Of a DNA stretch of 59,056 nt, positions 1-11,702 are shown piece by piece (positions within the stretch are counted from its first letter, which is position 1; every line of letters begins with the position of its first letter). The position numbers and the translations under genes are program-made. The stretch is from Catajapyx aquilonaris (Eukaryota). The notes under the pieces are model-generated. The model was not told where the DNA came from, made no database searches, and saw nothing but the letters and a program-made list of their open reading frames with translations. The stretch lies in assembly GCA_000934665.2 (NCBI GenBank), contig KZ538609.1, positions 1-59,056 of the forward strand, given 5' to 3'.

Positions 1-289
1 CCCCCAAACGGTCACGTGGTATTTGCACGACCCCCCCCTTATAGGGCTCTCTGGCAGACGGCCACCAAACAAAATGTGGAAACATGGCTGAAGCTACTTT
101 TTTGGGGTCTGAAGTTTTGACCAACTTTGCTCTTAGCCAGAAGGCTGAGCAGCACGCCGCCTACCTATCTCAATTTTCTCAAGATTCCAGTGCCAGGGGA
201 GAATTTTAAGTTACAATAAGCATAATCGCTGTTACAATTTGTCATTTATTCCTGATTATCTTGGCTAATGAATGCACAGGTGTGCCCAA

Positions 290-570
290 ATAATAATAAT
301 AATGGATAATAATGGATAATAATGGATACCCCGTGATAGACCTCCTTGAGCCTCTTAGGGGATAATCTTTTAAATACCCAACTTTAATCATTGCCAGCGC
401 TGTGATGGATTTTGATTGTGGGAGGAAACGGGAGAACCCCAAGAAAACCCACGCGAACACGGAAAGAACCCATCGAAACTCTATCTACATAAGTATCCTC
501 CGTCCGACCCGGGGATAGAACTCGGGGCCTTAGAGGTGGAAGGCTGCGGAGCTAACCATTCGGCCACCTA
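290..570 (-). mobile_element. tRNA-derived SINE, family A
   Basis: Pol III A/B boxes on the minus strand, TTA-like tail; closely similar copies at 6036 and 31810. Confidence 0.8.
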
Positions 571-1393
571 TTATTTCCTATTATTTGAGCACAAGGGCGA
601 CACGCCCTTGTGCTCAAATAATAGGAAAACATGGATAATCTGAAAATGGTCACGGAAACAGTAAAAATGAGCTACTCAGAGGTTTTTAATTAACTATTGT
701 GCATACTGTATGCTACTTTAATCAAAATAATAAAACTTACCATAGATTTTTAATTCGTCTTCTGAAAAAAGTCTGTTATATTTCTTTGTTTGTGAGCCAT
801 ACAGACAATCTTTCAAACTCTCATTCATAACCTATTTTTTGGCGATACACAGATAATATGCACCTGGATAATCGGGAGTACAGTGTATTTCCGAAGTGAT
901 TAACAGCATCCCACATCTCTCATGAATGGCCACAAAATGATAGGGAAAGTGGGCCCCATTTTTCCCTTCTCAGAATAAATTATAACCTTCACTTTATGTA
1001 TTCTTGTAAAATATAGACAAAACCCCACTTTATACCAGCCTGCCAGTATAGCCACCAGATGGGAGTTTAAATAATCTTGGCCATCTCAGATTTTACTGGC
1101 ATGTTGCTCTACACATGGAAAATATGGTAATAAGCATGACACTTCACTTGTAACTAGATAGCAGTTTTGCCTCTTCACTCTAAAGGCATTTGTCGAGAGT
1201 CAGTCGAGATTGATATTAAAACATTCAATAATTTTTACGGGACGGAGGAAAATCACAAAATTATCCCACTTTACAATGGCTGGCCAGCTGCTCAGAGTAT
1301 TTGGGCCTGGCGATAAGACCTAATTTAATTCCATCACTCCTCTATCTGAAGTAATATAATAATAATCCAGAAGGTATACCATGAAACACCTAC

Positions 1394-1872
1394 CCTGGGG
1401 TGAAAGCATGTTGGGCTGAGACAAGGCTGCTAGATTTTGTTCGGCCTGGTGGATCTGTTGCCTAAAAACTTGCATTTGGTCATCAAACTCAGTAGCCAGT
1501 CTTGAAAAATATTTTGATAAGATGCCCAACTTCTCTTGATCTGGTCTTTGTCCAGCCAGAAGGGATGATAGGGGTGATTGGGCTTGGACTGTACCCTCTC
1601 CTCCTCCTGTAGCTCCTCCCCCTCCCCCTCCTGCCACACTGCATACCATGCCAATTGAGTCCCACACACGTTGGGCCATCTCACAGTCCTGCAGGTCCTG
1701 GTTGGAGTCCTTCTTCAGCTTGTTAAGAGATGAGTGGTGGCGGTTCATACCTGCTGTTATGGATGAAAGCATGTACCGCAGGGAGTTCGTTTCATCTCGG
1801 ACCTTTACTAAGTGCTTGGGTGTCACATGGCCAAGGTCTGCACTCAACAGGCGTTGGGTCTTGATGTATTTC
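1394..1872 (-). CDS. NUP58: NUP58 exon 6, coiled-coil domain (KYIKTQR...KYFSRLATEFDDQMQVFRQQIHQAEQNL...LSPQ)
   Basis: Aligns by eye to the Nup58 helical domain (YFRILVQQFEVQLQQYRQQIEELENHL...TPQ); TTTTCAG acceptor, GTAGGT donor; later exons not found in window. Confidence 0.9.
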
Positions 1873-2327
1873 CTGAAAACAAGGGAACAAATGACCTAAT
1901 ATAATGACTCCCAACTGCTAAGCTTCATATGGAAGTTAACCTTCCTAAGGACATAAAGCTGGTTGCAGTAAGTGCCAAGTAAAATAAAATCATCATTGGG
2001 GGTAAAATAAAGAAAAAGCCAGCCACTCTTTGCCAGTACAATTATGCATACCTTGGCTTCAAAATGATCCATGCATGCAGTCTACCTGGTCTCTGCTCCT
2101 GCCTTAATGAATGAACAGTTTTTGATAAGAGAGATGCATACTATTTTTCTCTATGCAAGCATTTGGTATTGACACATATTGAAGTGAATTTTAGTGAGAT
2201 TGTTCCTAATATTGGATTAAAAAGTGAAACTCAGTTTTGTCTAATTGGATCCCCAACTGAGAAATCAGGATTTAACGATATTTTTATGACTTTAAGCCTC
2301 CTTCTACATATCTCTGGTGCAACTTAC

Positions 2328-2400
2328 TTGAACTCCTCAGTAGTCTGGAAAAGATCCGGTGGTAGGGGAATTTCCTTAACGGCTTTGGGGTCCAGCTTGA
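2328..2400 (-). CDS. NUP58: NUP58 exon 5 (KLDPKAVKEIPLPPDLFQTTEEFK); alternative in-frame start at 2415
   Basis: Resembles the vertebrate Nup58 DSKALKDENLPP segment as I recall it; CTACAG acceptor, GTAAGT donor. Confidence 0.85.
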
Positions 2401-2472
2401 CTGTAGGAGCAAGACCTGTTGCAAAAAGACTGTGAACTGATGAGCTATATTACAAAAGGTGTGTCAACTTAC

Positions 2473-2706
2473 TTTTGAGTCCAGTGTGGGTTGGCGGGAC
2501 AGCAGAGATCCCACCCAGAGCCCCGGAAGTGGTCATGGTGGCAGTGGTCGTAGCTGCTGCCATTCCCCCTAGCCCCAGGCCAAAACCTCCTCCAATGGCT
2601 GGGGTTGTAGAAGAAGGTGGAGCAAGACCTGTAGCTGGCGAAGTTGAGAGGCCAAACCCGGAGAATCCTGCAGTAGTGCTAGCAGGTGTTCCCTGCAGTC
2701 CACCAC
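2473..2706 (-). CDS. NUP58: NUP58 exon 4 (G/T/A-rich linker with FGL motifs)
   Basis: TTCCAG acceptor, GTAAGT donor, open frame in phase 1 to 1. Confidence 0.85.
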
Positions 2707-2990
2707 CTGGAACCAGTATCAGATTATTTCAAATTCAAGCGAAAAATTAAAACAAAGTAACTAAGTTATAAGCTATAATAAGTACAGGGAGGGGGGGGGG
2801 GGGAACTCGCAAAAACCCTCGAGAACAGTGCAAAATTGCACTGTTCTATGGGTCCTTTTCCATTTTGCGGTGGCGACCCCAGGGTCGCGAGGAAGGGCTG
2901 TGACCTTGAACCTGCAGCGGGCCCTGTTCACCCCCCCCAACATATACCCTTGTGCCCCCCCACAAAAAATTTCTGGATCCGCCCCTGGGC

Positions 2991-3578
2991 AAGTGTAAGT
3001 GTTGTCCGTGGAGTTTCTGAATGAAACTTGGCACAATAATATAGGCAGGTAAGTTATTAAAGAAAATGCAAACAATTTAGGCGAATGCCCACAAGGTCAA
3101 AAGTTATGACCTCTCGAACTCACAAGGGACACTTTCCAAGGTCTCACCGATTTTCTTGAAATTCGGTACGTTGGTAGGCCACCCCAAGGGATGAAAAACG
3201 CACCTAAAGTGACCTGCTCAAAATGACGCGGTGACCCCTTTTTGGGGGATACCAATGCACCGAATTTCAAGAAAATGGGTGAGTTTTCGGCATTTAAGAG
3301 TTGACCTCTGCCCCCCCCCCCCAAAAAAAAGGGGTCCCTGGGTTATTTTGAGCAGGTCACTTTAGGTGCGTTTTTCATCCCTTGGGGTGGCCTACCAATG
3401 TACCGAATTTTAAGAAAATCGGTGAGACCTTGGAAAGTGTCCCTTGTAAGTTTGAGAGGTCATAACTTTTGACCTTGTGGGCATTCGCCTAAATTGTTTG
3501 CATTTTCTTTAATAACTTACCTGCCTATATTATTGTGCCAAGTTTCTGAATGAAACTCCATGGACAACACTTACACTT
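2991..3578. repeat. Foldback palindrome/MITE with ~260-bp arms
   Basis: Right half is the reverse complement of the left half. Confidence 0.85.
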
Positions 3579-3971
3579 CCCACGTCAGATGGACACATCT
3601 CACATCTATGATTCAATAATACATACATCTTCACAGCTAATGTTATGCCAATAATTATTAGTGTCTTATTAGCAAGCATTTAATTTAATTTAAATACTGT
3701 GAAACCTGACTCTAGTGGGAACTTATCCACCTCCGAAAATCCTTAAGTCTTATGCAGCAAGATAGGTTTGCCCATGTACTAGTGTACAGGATTACATCTG
3801 AGTGATGTTTCTAAAGGGTCAAGTTCCACTTTATATCTCCTACAAACATCTCATTTTGTGATGCATGCAGTAGACTCTTGCACTAGCAAATATCAAGGGA
3901 ATGTAATTTTTGTTATGATAATGGATTCAGTATACAAAAAAGGTGTTCTCATCATCAGTTGATATGCATTA

Positions 3972-4357
3972 TGGGTCTGTCACACAGGCGTTCCGTTCGC
4001 TTCGTCGCTTCGCGCGCATGGGTCACACGGGCGAGCGTTGCGCTCCGCTTTGCCCTGGGGGCCTCGTCGGTCAAGGAAATTGGGGGATATTGGAGGTGAC
4101 GCAGCGAGACAAGAGCCCCTCGTTGCGTTTACCTCCAGAGGCTCGTCGGGCTCCGATTGGCCGAGACCTTTTCCCGCCCGCTGCCCACCCCAACCACCCC
4201 TGCCATCATGACCCACTTGTCCCCCGAGGCGAGGTCGCCTTTCACTTCTCCTGCTAAACCCTACGACCGAGTCAGCGCATGTCTGACAAGTTTGGGCACA
4301 GCGATCGCAGCGACATTTTTCGGGGCGAGTGAACGGAACGCCTGTGTGACAGACCCA
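3972..4357. mobile_element. PIF/Harbinger-type MITE
   Basis: TIR TGGGTCTGTCACACAGGCGTTCCGTTC; TTA TSD on both sides. Confidence 0.75.
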
Positions 4358-5527
4358 TTACTCCTAGTCCAGGGAAAAAAATTATCAAAAAAATTTGTCT
4401 AATAATAATCCCTCCACCATTGAACTGTATCATAATGGGGTCCTAGCCTATATTTTCCAAACCCATGTAAAAAATTGTCCATATTTTTAAATAAATTTTG
4501 GTGTTTTTGGTTGAAGAAATATGCTTTCAAGCTTTAATCGATTTTATTATATGGTATTACCCTCCCGACGTGAGTTACAACCCTCACATCACACACACTG
4601 GCTCACACAGAGTGGTGCTGAGGCAGGAAAGCTCCAGGCTCTCCACCTGTCATACGACCTGCTTTGGTCCTTCTCGGGGCTGTGCCAGTGCCTGCTACAG
4701 GTCGCCCTGGGGCAGACCTACCTCACTTCTGCCCATAGGAAGGGGATGGCAGGAGTCTGAATTTTTTTTGGCCCCTTGGGAATTCAAGTTATAGAAGTTC
4801 CACTGTATTAGTAAAACTACTAATCATCCTGTAGTTATTTTTTGGGTGGGCAATGTTCACAAGAACTATGAGAAGCTCTCCATACCGACATCGGAAAATC
4901 AAAAGTGCTGGAATGCTTCTGCCACTTGGAACAAATGCGATCAGATATAGGCAAAATTTAAAGACCTGCTTTTTGCCACCTTACGTAGTTCACACAAACT
5001 GGGTCTTCGCCACTTAATTATTATTTAAAAGTTCACACAAACTGTGCTTTTTTCTGTGAAAAGTGTAAAATTTACACATAATCCACTCATTTTTGGTCAA
5101 AATGCATTAACTCTATGTTATGCAACCCATCACATCATAAAAATATTCTGTATGTAACAGAATTTCTTTTATAAACAAGATTTTGTCTGACAGAAACACT
5201 ACATTTCCTACTGAATAACCAGAGTAGGCAGACTTTGGTACCACTTGCTGCATCCCAGAGAGAGGTAAGAGTGCCTCTAGACACAAGAACAGCAAGGTAA
5301 GACACCAAAGTTCAGGTTTCTGAAACAGGCCCTACATCCCTTCATTCCATCTTGTTGAGAATTCCCTGTACTAGTAGTAATTTACGTCAACTGATGATTA
5401 GGAACTAACAGGAGAGGGAAATCAATGGATGGACATATGGAAGGGGAAGAGAGACTAGACCAGGCAGGAACTGTTAGGCTCTTGTTCAAAATGGGTGAGG
5501 ATGACACATATCCATCTACTTGAATAC

Positions 5528-5830
5528 CAAGAGTAAATGGTGAAGCAGAGGAAACTGCCGGGGATCCCATCTGGAAGGGAGTCTGCTGTTGGCCCATAGT
5601 TGTAGGAGTAGTGCCAAACCCCATGGACTTGAAGCTAAAAGATGGGGTTCCAGCAGCACCAATTGTAGGTGGCTGGGATGCGACAGATGGGAATCCAAAC
5701 CCAGATGTCACAGACTGCTGCTGGCCACTAGGGTTAAAGGCAGTGGCACCTGAAGAGGCTGGAGCACCAAATGGGGACTGGAATGTGGGCACGCTGGACA
5801 AGGTAGACGAAGGTGCACTAACTCCAAATA
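5528..5830 (-). CDS. NUP58: NUP58 exon 3 (FG-repeat region)
   Basis: TTCCAG acceptor, GTATTC donor, S/T/P-rich FG repeats; phase 1 to 1. Confidence 0.85.
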
Positions 5831-5931
5831 CTGGAATAATAGCAAAAAACCTATTGACAAATTCTGTCACTCTAAAAAAATTACAGTTGCTTACTCAGAA
5901 TTCCTTACATTAGGTTAGTGAGGCTGTTATA

Positions 5932-6611
5932 CAGGGTGTAAATGAATTCCTATCAGATACTCCTAGAGGTCAAAGTAGATAAATTTTTGTCTAGGAACCC
6001 ATGTCAGGAAATGTGTCGTTTCCACGTTAAAGCTGATTATAATAATGGATACCCCATGATAGGCCTCCTTGGACCTCTTAGGGGATCATCTTTTCGTGAA
6101 CCATCTTTAATCATTGCCTGTGCTGTGATGGATTTTGATTGCGGGAGGAGACGGGAGAACCACGAGAAAACCCACGTGAACACGAAGAGAGAACACATCG
6201 AAACTCTATCCGCACAAGTATCCTCCGTCCAACCCGGGACCTTAGAGGTGGAACTGTGGAAGGCTGTGGCGCTAACCACTCCGCCACCGTGTCGCCCTAC
6301 GTTAAAACTGATTATGTCTCAGGTTAGGCCTAATGGGTGTGTCCTGAGACATCAGCAGCTTTAACGTGGAAACAATGCATTTCTGAACATGGGTTCCTAG
6401 ACAAAAAATGATGAACCCTCCACAAGCTCTAGTAGTTTTTGGTAGGAATTTGCCTACCCTGTCCACAGGGTGTAATCTAGAAGACATAATCAGCTTTAAT
6501 CTTTAACATGTAAACGATCATTTCCAGGCATAGGTTCTTTGGCAAAAAGTGATATACTCGGACCCCTCCACCAGCTCTAGAAGTATCTGATAGGAATTCA
6601 TTTACACCCGG
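5932..6611. mobile_element. Tc1/mariner-type MITE
   Basis: TA-flanked TIRs CAGGGTGTAAATGAATTCCTATCAGATACT. Confidence 0.75.
6036..6298 (-). mobile_element. tRNA-derived SINE, family A, inserted in a Tc1/mariner MITE
   Basis: Similarity to 290-570. Confidence 0.8.
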
Positions 6612-6711
6612 TATAGCAATACTGATGCCTAAGCTGCCTAAGGTCGTCTAACTGACAAACATTTACTTCTGTATTCTGAAGGACAACTTAATATCCAAAC
6701 AAAAATCTTAC

Positions 6712-6971
6712 TGGAAGATGAAGAGGTGGCCGCAGGTGAACCAAACCCAAATCCTGTCTGTCCTAGTCCGGTAGTATGTTGTACTGGTGACTGGGCCCCA
6801 AATCCAAACCCACCCCCAGTAGGGGTCTGGGTCTGACCGAAGGTAAATGCAGTCTGTGGCGTCTGTTGAGGTGGTGCTGGTTGCTGGCTGGGAGCCGGAG
6901 ACCCAAAGCTGAACCCCATGCTGGTAGTTTGATGGGGTGCAAACCCACCAAATCCAGGGCTGGAAGCAGCT
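6712..6971 (-). CDS. NUP58: NUP58 exon 2 (FG-repeat region)
   Basis: TTTACAG acceptor, GTAAGA donor, GFSFG/FTFG/GFGFG repeats; phase 2 to 1. Confidence 0.88.
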
Positions 6972-7236
6972 CTGTAAAGTATATCAATATGTAGTTGTTA
7001 ACACAGGCAGTAATGATAGCCAGCTTGGAGCAGAGGAAGCTTATTGTTGTTGATATAGTATAACCAATTTCAGAAAGGGACTTATGTATGACGACGTTTC
7101 ATAAAGCACCAATCAGAGGCACGGTAAGATGGGATACTTGAAGTTCATCGGGCGGGAGGGAGAGGATCGTGCCAATGATTGGTGCTTCGTGAAACGTCAT
7201 CATACGTTATGTCCCTTTCTGCAAGTGGTCATACTA

Positions 7237-7240
<4 letters not shown>

Positions 7241-7273
<33 letters not shown>

Positions 7274-7292
7274 TATCTCTGTATTTTATTTA

Positions 7293-7335
<43 letters not shown>

Positions 7336-8545
7336 TATTTATTATTTTCAGGATTATTTTCTCTCTGCGGCCACTGCCACCAGGCCCCTTCTCTGATGGT
7401 CCAGCACATGCTGCTGGACTGTCCTGCATTGCACCAACTTCGCCTAGACGCTCCTACTAGACGCTCCTGCGGGCGGGAGATCCCGGTCCTTCCACCCTCG
7501 CTCATCTGCTGTCCGACTCTGCGGACCCCACAGTTATGTTGGCTCTCTTTTCTTTTTTGAAAAGAACCAACATGTATAGAGATCTATAACCGTTGTATTT
7601 TTAAAATATACTCGTAACGTTTCGTTTCACTTGTTACACTCTATTTGAATTTTATAGTCGCTACTGTAATAAATACTCTAGTAAAATTACAATTAATGAA
7701 TTGATTAATACAGGGCTATTCATAAGTCTTGACTCAATTTTAAAAATTCACCAAAAATACACTACACAACCGAGTGGTAATTAATATACCAAAGGAGCGA
7801 GAAAGGATCCGAGTTTTTTTTACACACATTACAAATGTTCAATGTGTCCTCCTCTGGAGATGCGGCACACATCTAGCCGATACTCCATTTCACCCCATAC
7901 GCGAGCAAGCATGTCATGGTCAATCATTGTGAGTTGTGACAGCCATGGTGATGCGGTGGCGAAGTTCCTGGATATTTGCAGTGAGTGGAGGCACAAAGAC
8001 AGTGTCGTTCACAAATCCCAGTAAGAAAAAGTCGCGAGTTAAATCAGGTGACCAGGGTGGCCACCGCATTAACACCTCATCATCGGGACTTGTGCGTCCA
8101 ATCCAACGTCGTGGTAGGTGTTGGTTGAAGTACCATCGCACCTGGGTATGGAAATGAGGTGGAGCACCATCTTGTTGAAAGAGGTAATCCTCCATGTTCA
8201 TTTATAATGTATAATTTATCATTTTCTAACTACTGCCTCCTAGCGGCACAGCAAGGCTACAACACGAGAGGGGTTTGCTGTAAAAAAAAACTCGAATCCT
8301 TTCTCGCTCTTTTGGTATATTAATTACAACTATCTGTTGTGTAGTGTATTTTTGGTGAATTTTTAAAATAGGGTCAAGACTTATGAATAGCACTGTAAAT
8401 TAATTCTCTTAATTTTTAAAAAACCTTTTGTTTATGTAACGTTGGGGTTAGGGTGGTAGTGTCTGCCCTGCCCTACGTCACAGGTGCTTGCCGCAGTATA
8501 GCCATTGCTGCTGTTGCGCCAATAAATCATCACTCAATCAATCAA
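7241..8545 (+). mobile_element. 5'-truncated non-LTR retrotransposon (I/Nimb-like 3' end)
   Basis: CxxC...HMLLDCP zinc-knuckle remnant at ~7365-7445, AATAAA plus (CAAT)n tail, 12-bp TSD TCATACTATATT at 7229-7240 and 8546-8557. Confidence 0.65.
7711..8395 (-). mobile_element. Internally deleted Tc1/mariner element
   Basis: TA-flanked ~110-bp TIRs; transposase remnant FQQDGAPPH...WIGR...WPPWSPDLT. Confidence 0.9.
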
Positions 8546-8979
8546 TCATACTATATTGTTAATCCATAAGAAGTATGGTCAAGCAAGAGTGGGCTAAAAA
8601 TGTCAAATAGTCGTGGGACCCATAACTGTGGCAAATGGGAAGACTCCCTGGAAAGTGCAGTTTCTTGTACAATTGCGAGAGTGGTGAGGATTGTAATGAA
8701 GACGGAACTAATCTAGCAAACTTGACTTACAACTATTATTGTCAAATTGCATAGGCTAATCCGCTGAAAAATATATTTACTGGAATTGACCTCTTCATGT
8801 GCTGAAACTGGTTTTCTATCTCCTCAACAATTCTACAAAATTTTGGATTAATGGTGTGTCCATTGTATTATCTTCAGAGATGCCATGTGATTTGTGCAAC
8901 AGAGGCAGCTCAATGACACTGCATCATTTACTTATGAAATGTCCAGTTAAATTAATTAATTAATTAATTAATTTTTAAA

Positions 8980-9308
8980 TAATAATAATTGTGGGTTAGT
9001 GCTCACCCTTGCGGGCATCAGCACAGCCTTTATTCAAGTTGTTACATATTTGGAACCTTTTGACGAATCGCCCGGGCCCGTGGGTGGGATGACAGGAGGG
9101 GATGTGCAAAGTGCAGTGCAATGCAGTACAAGGTCATTTTGTGAACTCCCCTGGGTGGATGTGTCTATTGGATATTCCACCCAGAAACGAAGCCAGAGAC
9201 GACGCATACTCTGCACGGAATGAAGGGGGTGTCCCCGGGCGGGATTTGATCCCGGGACCGTAACATCCGTGGGCACACACGTTACCGCGGCGCAACTCCG
9301 TCTCCCCT
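8980..9308 (-). mobile_element. tRNA-derived SINE, family B
   Basis: Reverse complement matches 19041-19262 and 53193-53545. Confidence 0.7.
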
Positions 9309-9509
9309 AGTTAAATTAATTAAGAACATTGCACTTAAATTTATCTCAGTGCCACCGGCAGGCTTCATTGGCTGTTCAGTTCAATTGATAAGACTATGGA
9401 ACTTTCGTATTTAAATTTTTGAACGAGCTGACATTGCGATCTTCGCTTTTGATTATATCAAAACTGGTTGTATACCCACAACATTCACATTTCTATAACA
9501 GTAACTTAC

Positions 9510-9598
9510 ACACTGCCGAAGGTCGGGGCAGCTCCCTGAGGTGTTGAGGGTTGCTGCTGCTGGCCCAGCCCGGTACCGAAGCTAAACTGCGTAGTCAT
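9510..9598 (-). CDS. NUP58: Nucleoporin p58/p45 coding exon 1 (MTTQFSFGTGLGQQQQPSTPQGAAPTFGSV)
   Basis: ATG at 9598, FG motifs, GTAAGT donor in phase 2 that matches the next exon. Confidence 0.85.
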
Positions 9599-10077
9599 CT
9601 TCGTTTGGTGCCGGTGTAGCACCCGATTCACCCAGTCCCTAGGTGGTCAAGGGCAGAGCACAGGCCAGCAAAACCCTTCGCTGTTCGCACACAGCGACGC
9701 TTCCAAGTTCCAACGGACAACGACTTTGTGAGCTATTGCGGGAACACTGTTCTTTACTACCTGTGCTACTAGTATAATCCGCGATATTTCTGATCGCATG
9801 CTACCTCTATAGTAATAAATTTTATAATAAAATATACTAAATATATTTTAATATCCAAATTTATTTCTAATTATGCATATACGGAAGATTACGACTTGCT
9901 CTAAATGTAGCGTATGTTTATCTGGCTCCCTAGAAATGTTATAACCTCATCCCAATATGGCGTCGGCTTAATGACAACTTTTCCCGAAACGCCCGTGTTT
10001 TCCGCCCGTTGTACGTGTTTCGCGACCAGGACGGCTCGAAGGAGGTGACCAATTGTCCTGTGGCTTGCGACCAGGAT
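9599..10077. promoter_or_regulatory. Bidirectional promoter region between NUP58 and MTMR
   Basis: 479 bp between divergent ATGs; CpG-rich flanks around an AT-rich core (~9810-9880). Confidence 0.7.
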
Positions 10078-10101
10078 ATGGAGTTTATCAAGACCCCAAA
10101 G
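10078..10101 (+). CDS. MTMR6: Myotubularin-related protein (MTMR6/7/8 family) exon 1, MEFIKTPK
   Basis: Matches the family N-terminus MEHIRTTK; AAG|GTCAGT donor in phase 0 joins VENVRMLDRF. Confidence 0.85.
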
Positions 10102-11055
10102 GTCAGTGTTATTCCTTGATTAGCCGGACCAGAGTGTAACTTATGGTGGGCCAAATTACAGTATCGGTATGGCAACACTATAGTGTGACTAGTTGCTACG
10201 GATACGCAACTGTAATGATGCATTACTGCTTTTTATGGCCTATTTACAGAGGTTAATAAGAAACTTAATGGGGGGGGGGGGCATGGAATTCAGGGGGGAA
10301 ATCTGGCCGGAATTAGCTTGTTATTAGTTGATTAGTTCTTGTCATTGAACAATTAATAACAAACTTAATTAGGACGGATTTGTTTCACAGAATTCGATGA
10401 TTCCTGTCCGTAACAGCACCAATGCTACTGAAGAATGTCTTTTATATCTTTCTCTTTGGTTGTGTTCCAACAGGAATTTTTGATTTATTTACGTTCCTGT
10501 CAACAGTACATTATGCAGTGAAGGCTACTGCGAAGGTTTGAACGAGCTCTCTTATATATAATGGTATGTAATTGCATTTACATGAAAATAGTCAGGACGT
10601 TAAGTGACTAAACTGTGCATTTGGTGAAAAAAAGCATGAAATTTGGAACGATTGTGCCTGAGACCATACTCTTCAGATCCAGATATGGTGCCACACACGT
10701 TTCAACTCCGGAGGCCCATAATTGCGGGTTGGTGACCTTGAAGCGAGTGAAAAGTATTTTTCTGAGAGAACTATGCTTCTCAGGAGGATATGTGCCTAAC
10801 AAAGGTTGTAGAGAAATATGTATTGTACAAAATGTATAAAGCACCTTTTCCAAGTACTGTCTGTATTTTTGGAGCTACCACGACTTGAAAAAGACTTCAC
10901 TCGCTGAAGGGTAGCTGACCCGCAATTACAGGCCTCCGGGACGAAAACTGGCATTAGCAGTTTTCCTCCAGACTGAATTAATGCCATCCATCTCTGGTTT
11001 GGTAACTTCAAGTTCAACTCACACTATATCAACAGAAATTGGCATGTTCCTTTAA

Positions 11056-11702
11056 CCCCTTTGCTACCAGATAGGCCCGAACCACACAGATTTTGGCTTA
11101 CGCGTACTCCGAAGATACTGACAAGATATTTTACAAATAATAACAGCTATACTTACCAGATCTGGGAAAACGTTATGAATGTGTCTGGAACAATTTTACT
11201 TGTCTAGAAGTCCCAAAATTAATATCATGGCTGGATAATGGCTTTCTGGCACTTCGGAAAACTTTGGAAACTCCCAAATTTATTTGTTTCTCATGAAGTA
11301 TCATGATTTCAGCAAATTCAACTCATACTCATTTGGGAGTTTTCCTAAGTGCCAGAAAGCCGAAAATAAGTATTAATTTATTTCTCGCAAAATACGATGA
11401 GTTCAGCAAATTCGTCTGGCATGGTTCTCAAGGTTGTTATTCCGCATATATTCACGCATTTGATAATTAATTATTCTGCGTAGCAGTTGGTCGGCAGTAC
11501 TCGGATTTCCAGTTTTTATAGCCTGGTTTTGGAAATTAATTTTGGGACTGCTAGACAAGTAAAATTGTTCCAGACACATTCATAGTGTTTTCCCAGATCG
11601 GGTAAGTATAGCTGTTATTATTTGTAAAATATCTTGTCCGTATGTTCGCAGTACGCGTAAGCCTAAATCTGTGGGGTTCAGGCCTATGTGGTAGCGAAGG
11701 GG
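11056..11702. mobile_element. piggyBac-type foldback MITE
   Basis: TTAA|CCCC...GGGG|TTAA ends, long TIRs; related to 17529-18327. Confidence 0.85.

Noticed and set aside
2475..2750. Plus-strand ORFs over NUP58 exons (also 1648, 5611)
   Set aside because: Antisense shadows of real minus-strand exons
5218..5277. Extra NUP58 cassette exon (EALLPLSGMQQVVPKSAYS)
   Set aside because: Acceptor is plausible, but the donor is poor and there is no FG character
7129..7560. Poly-Tyr/Leu/Ile ORFs (also at 19297, 20520, 31786, 32112)
   Set aside because: Translations of (TTA)n microsatellites
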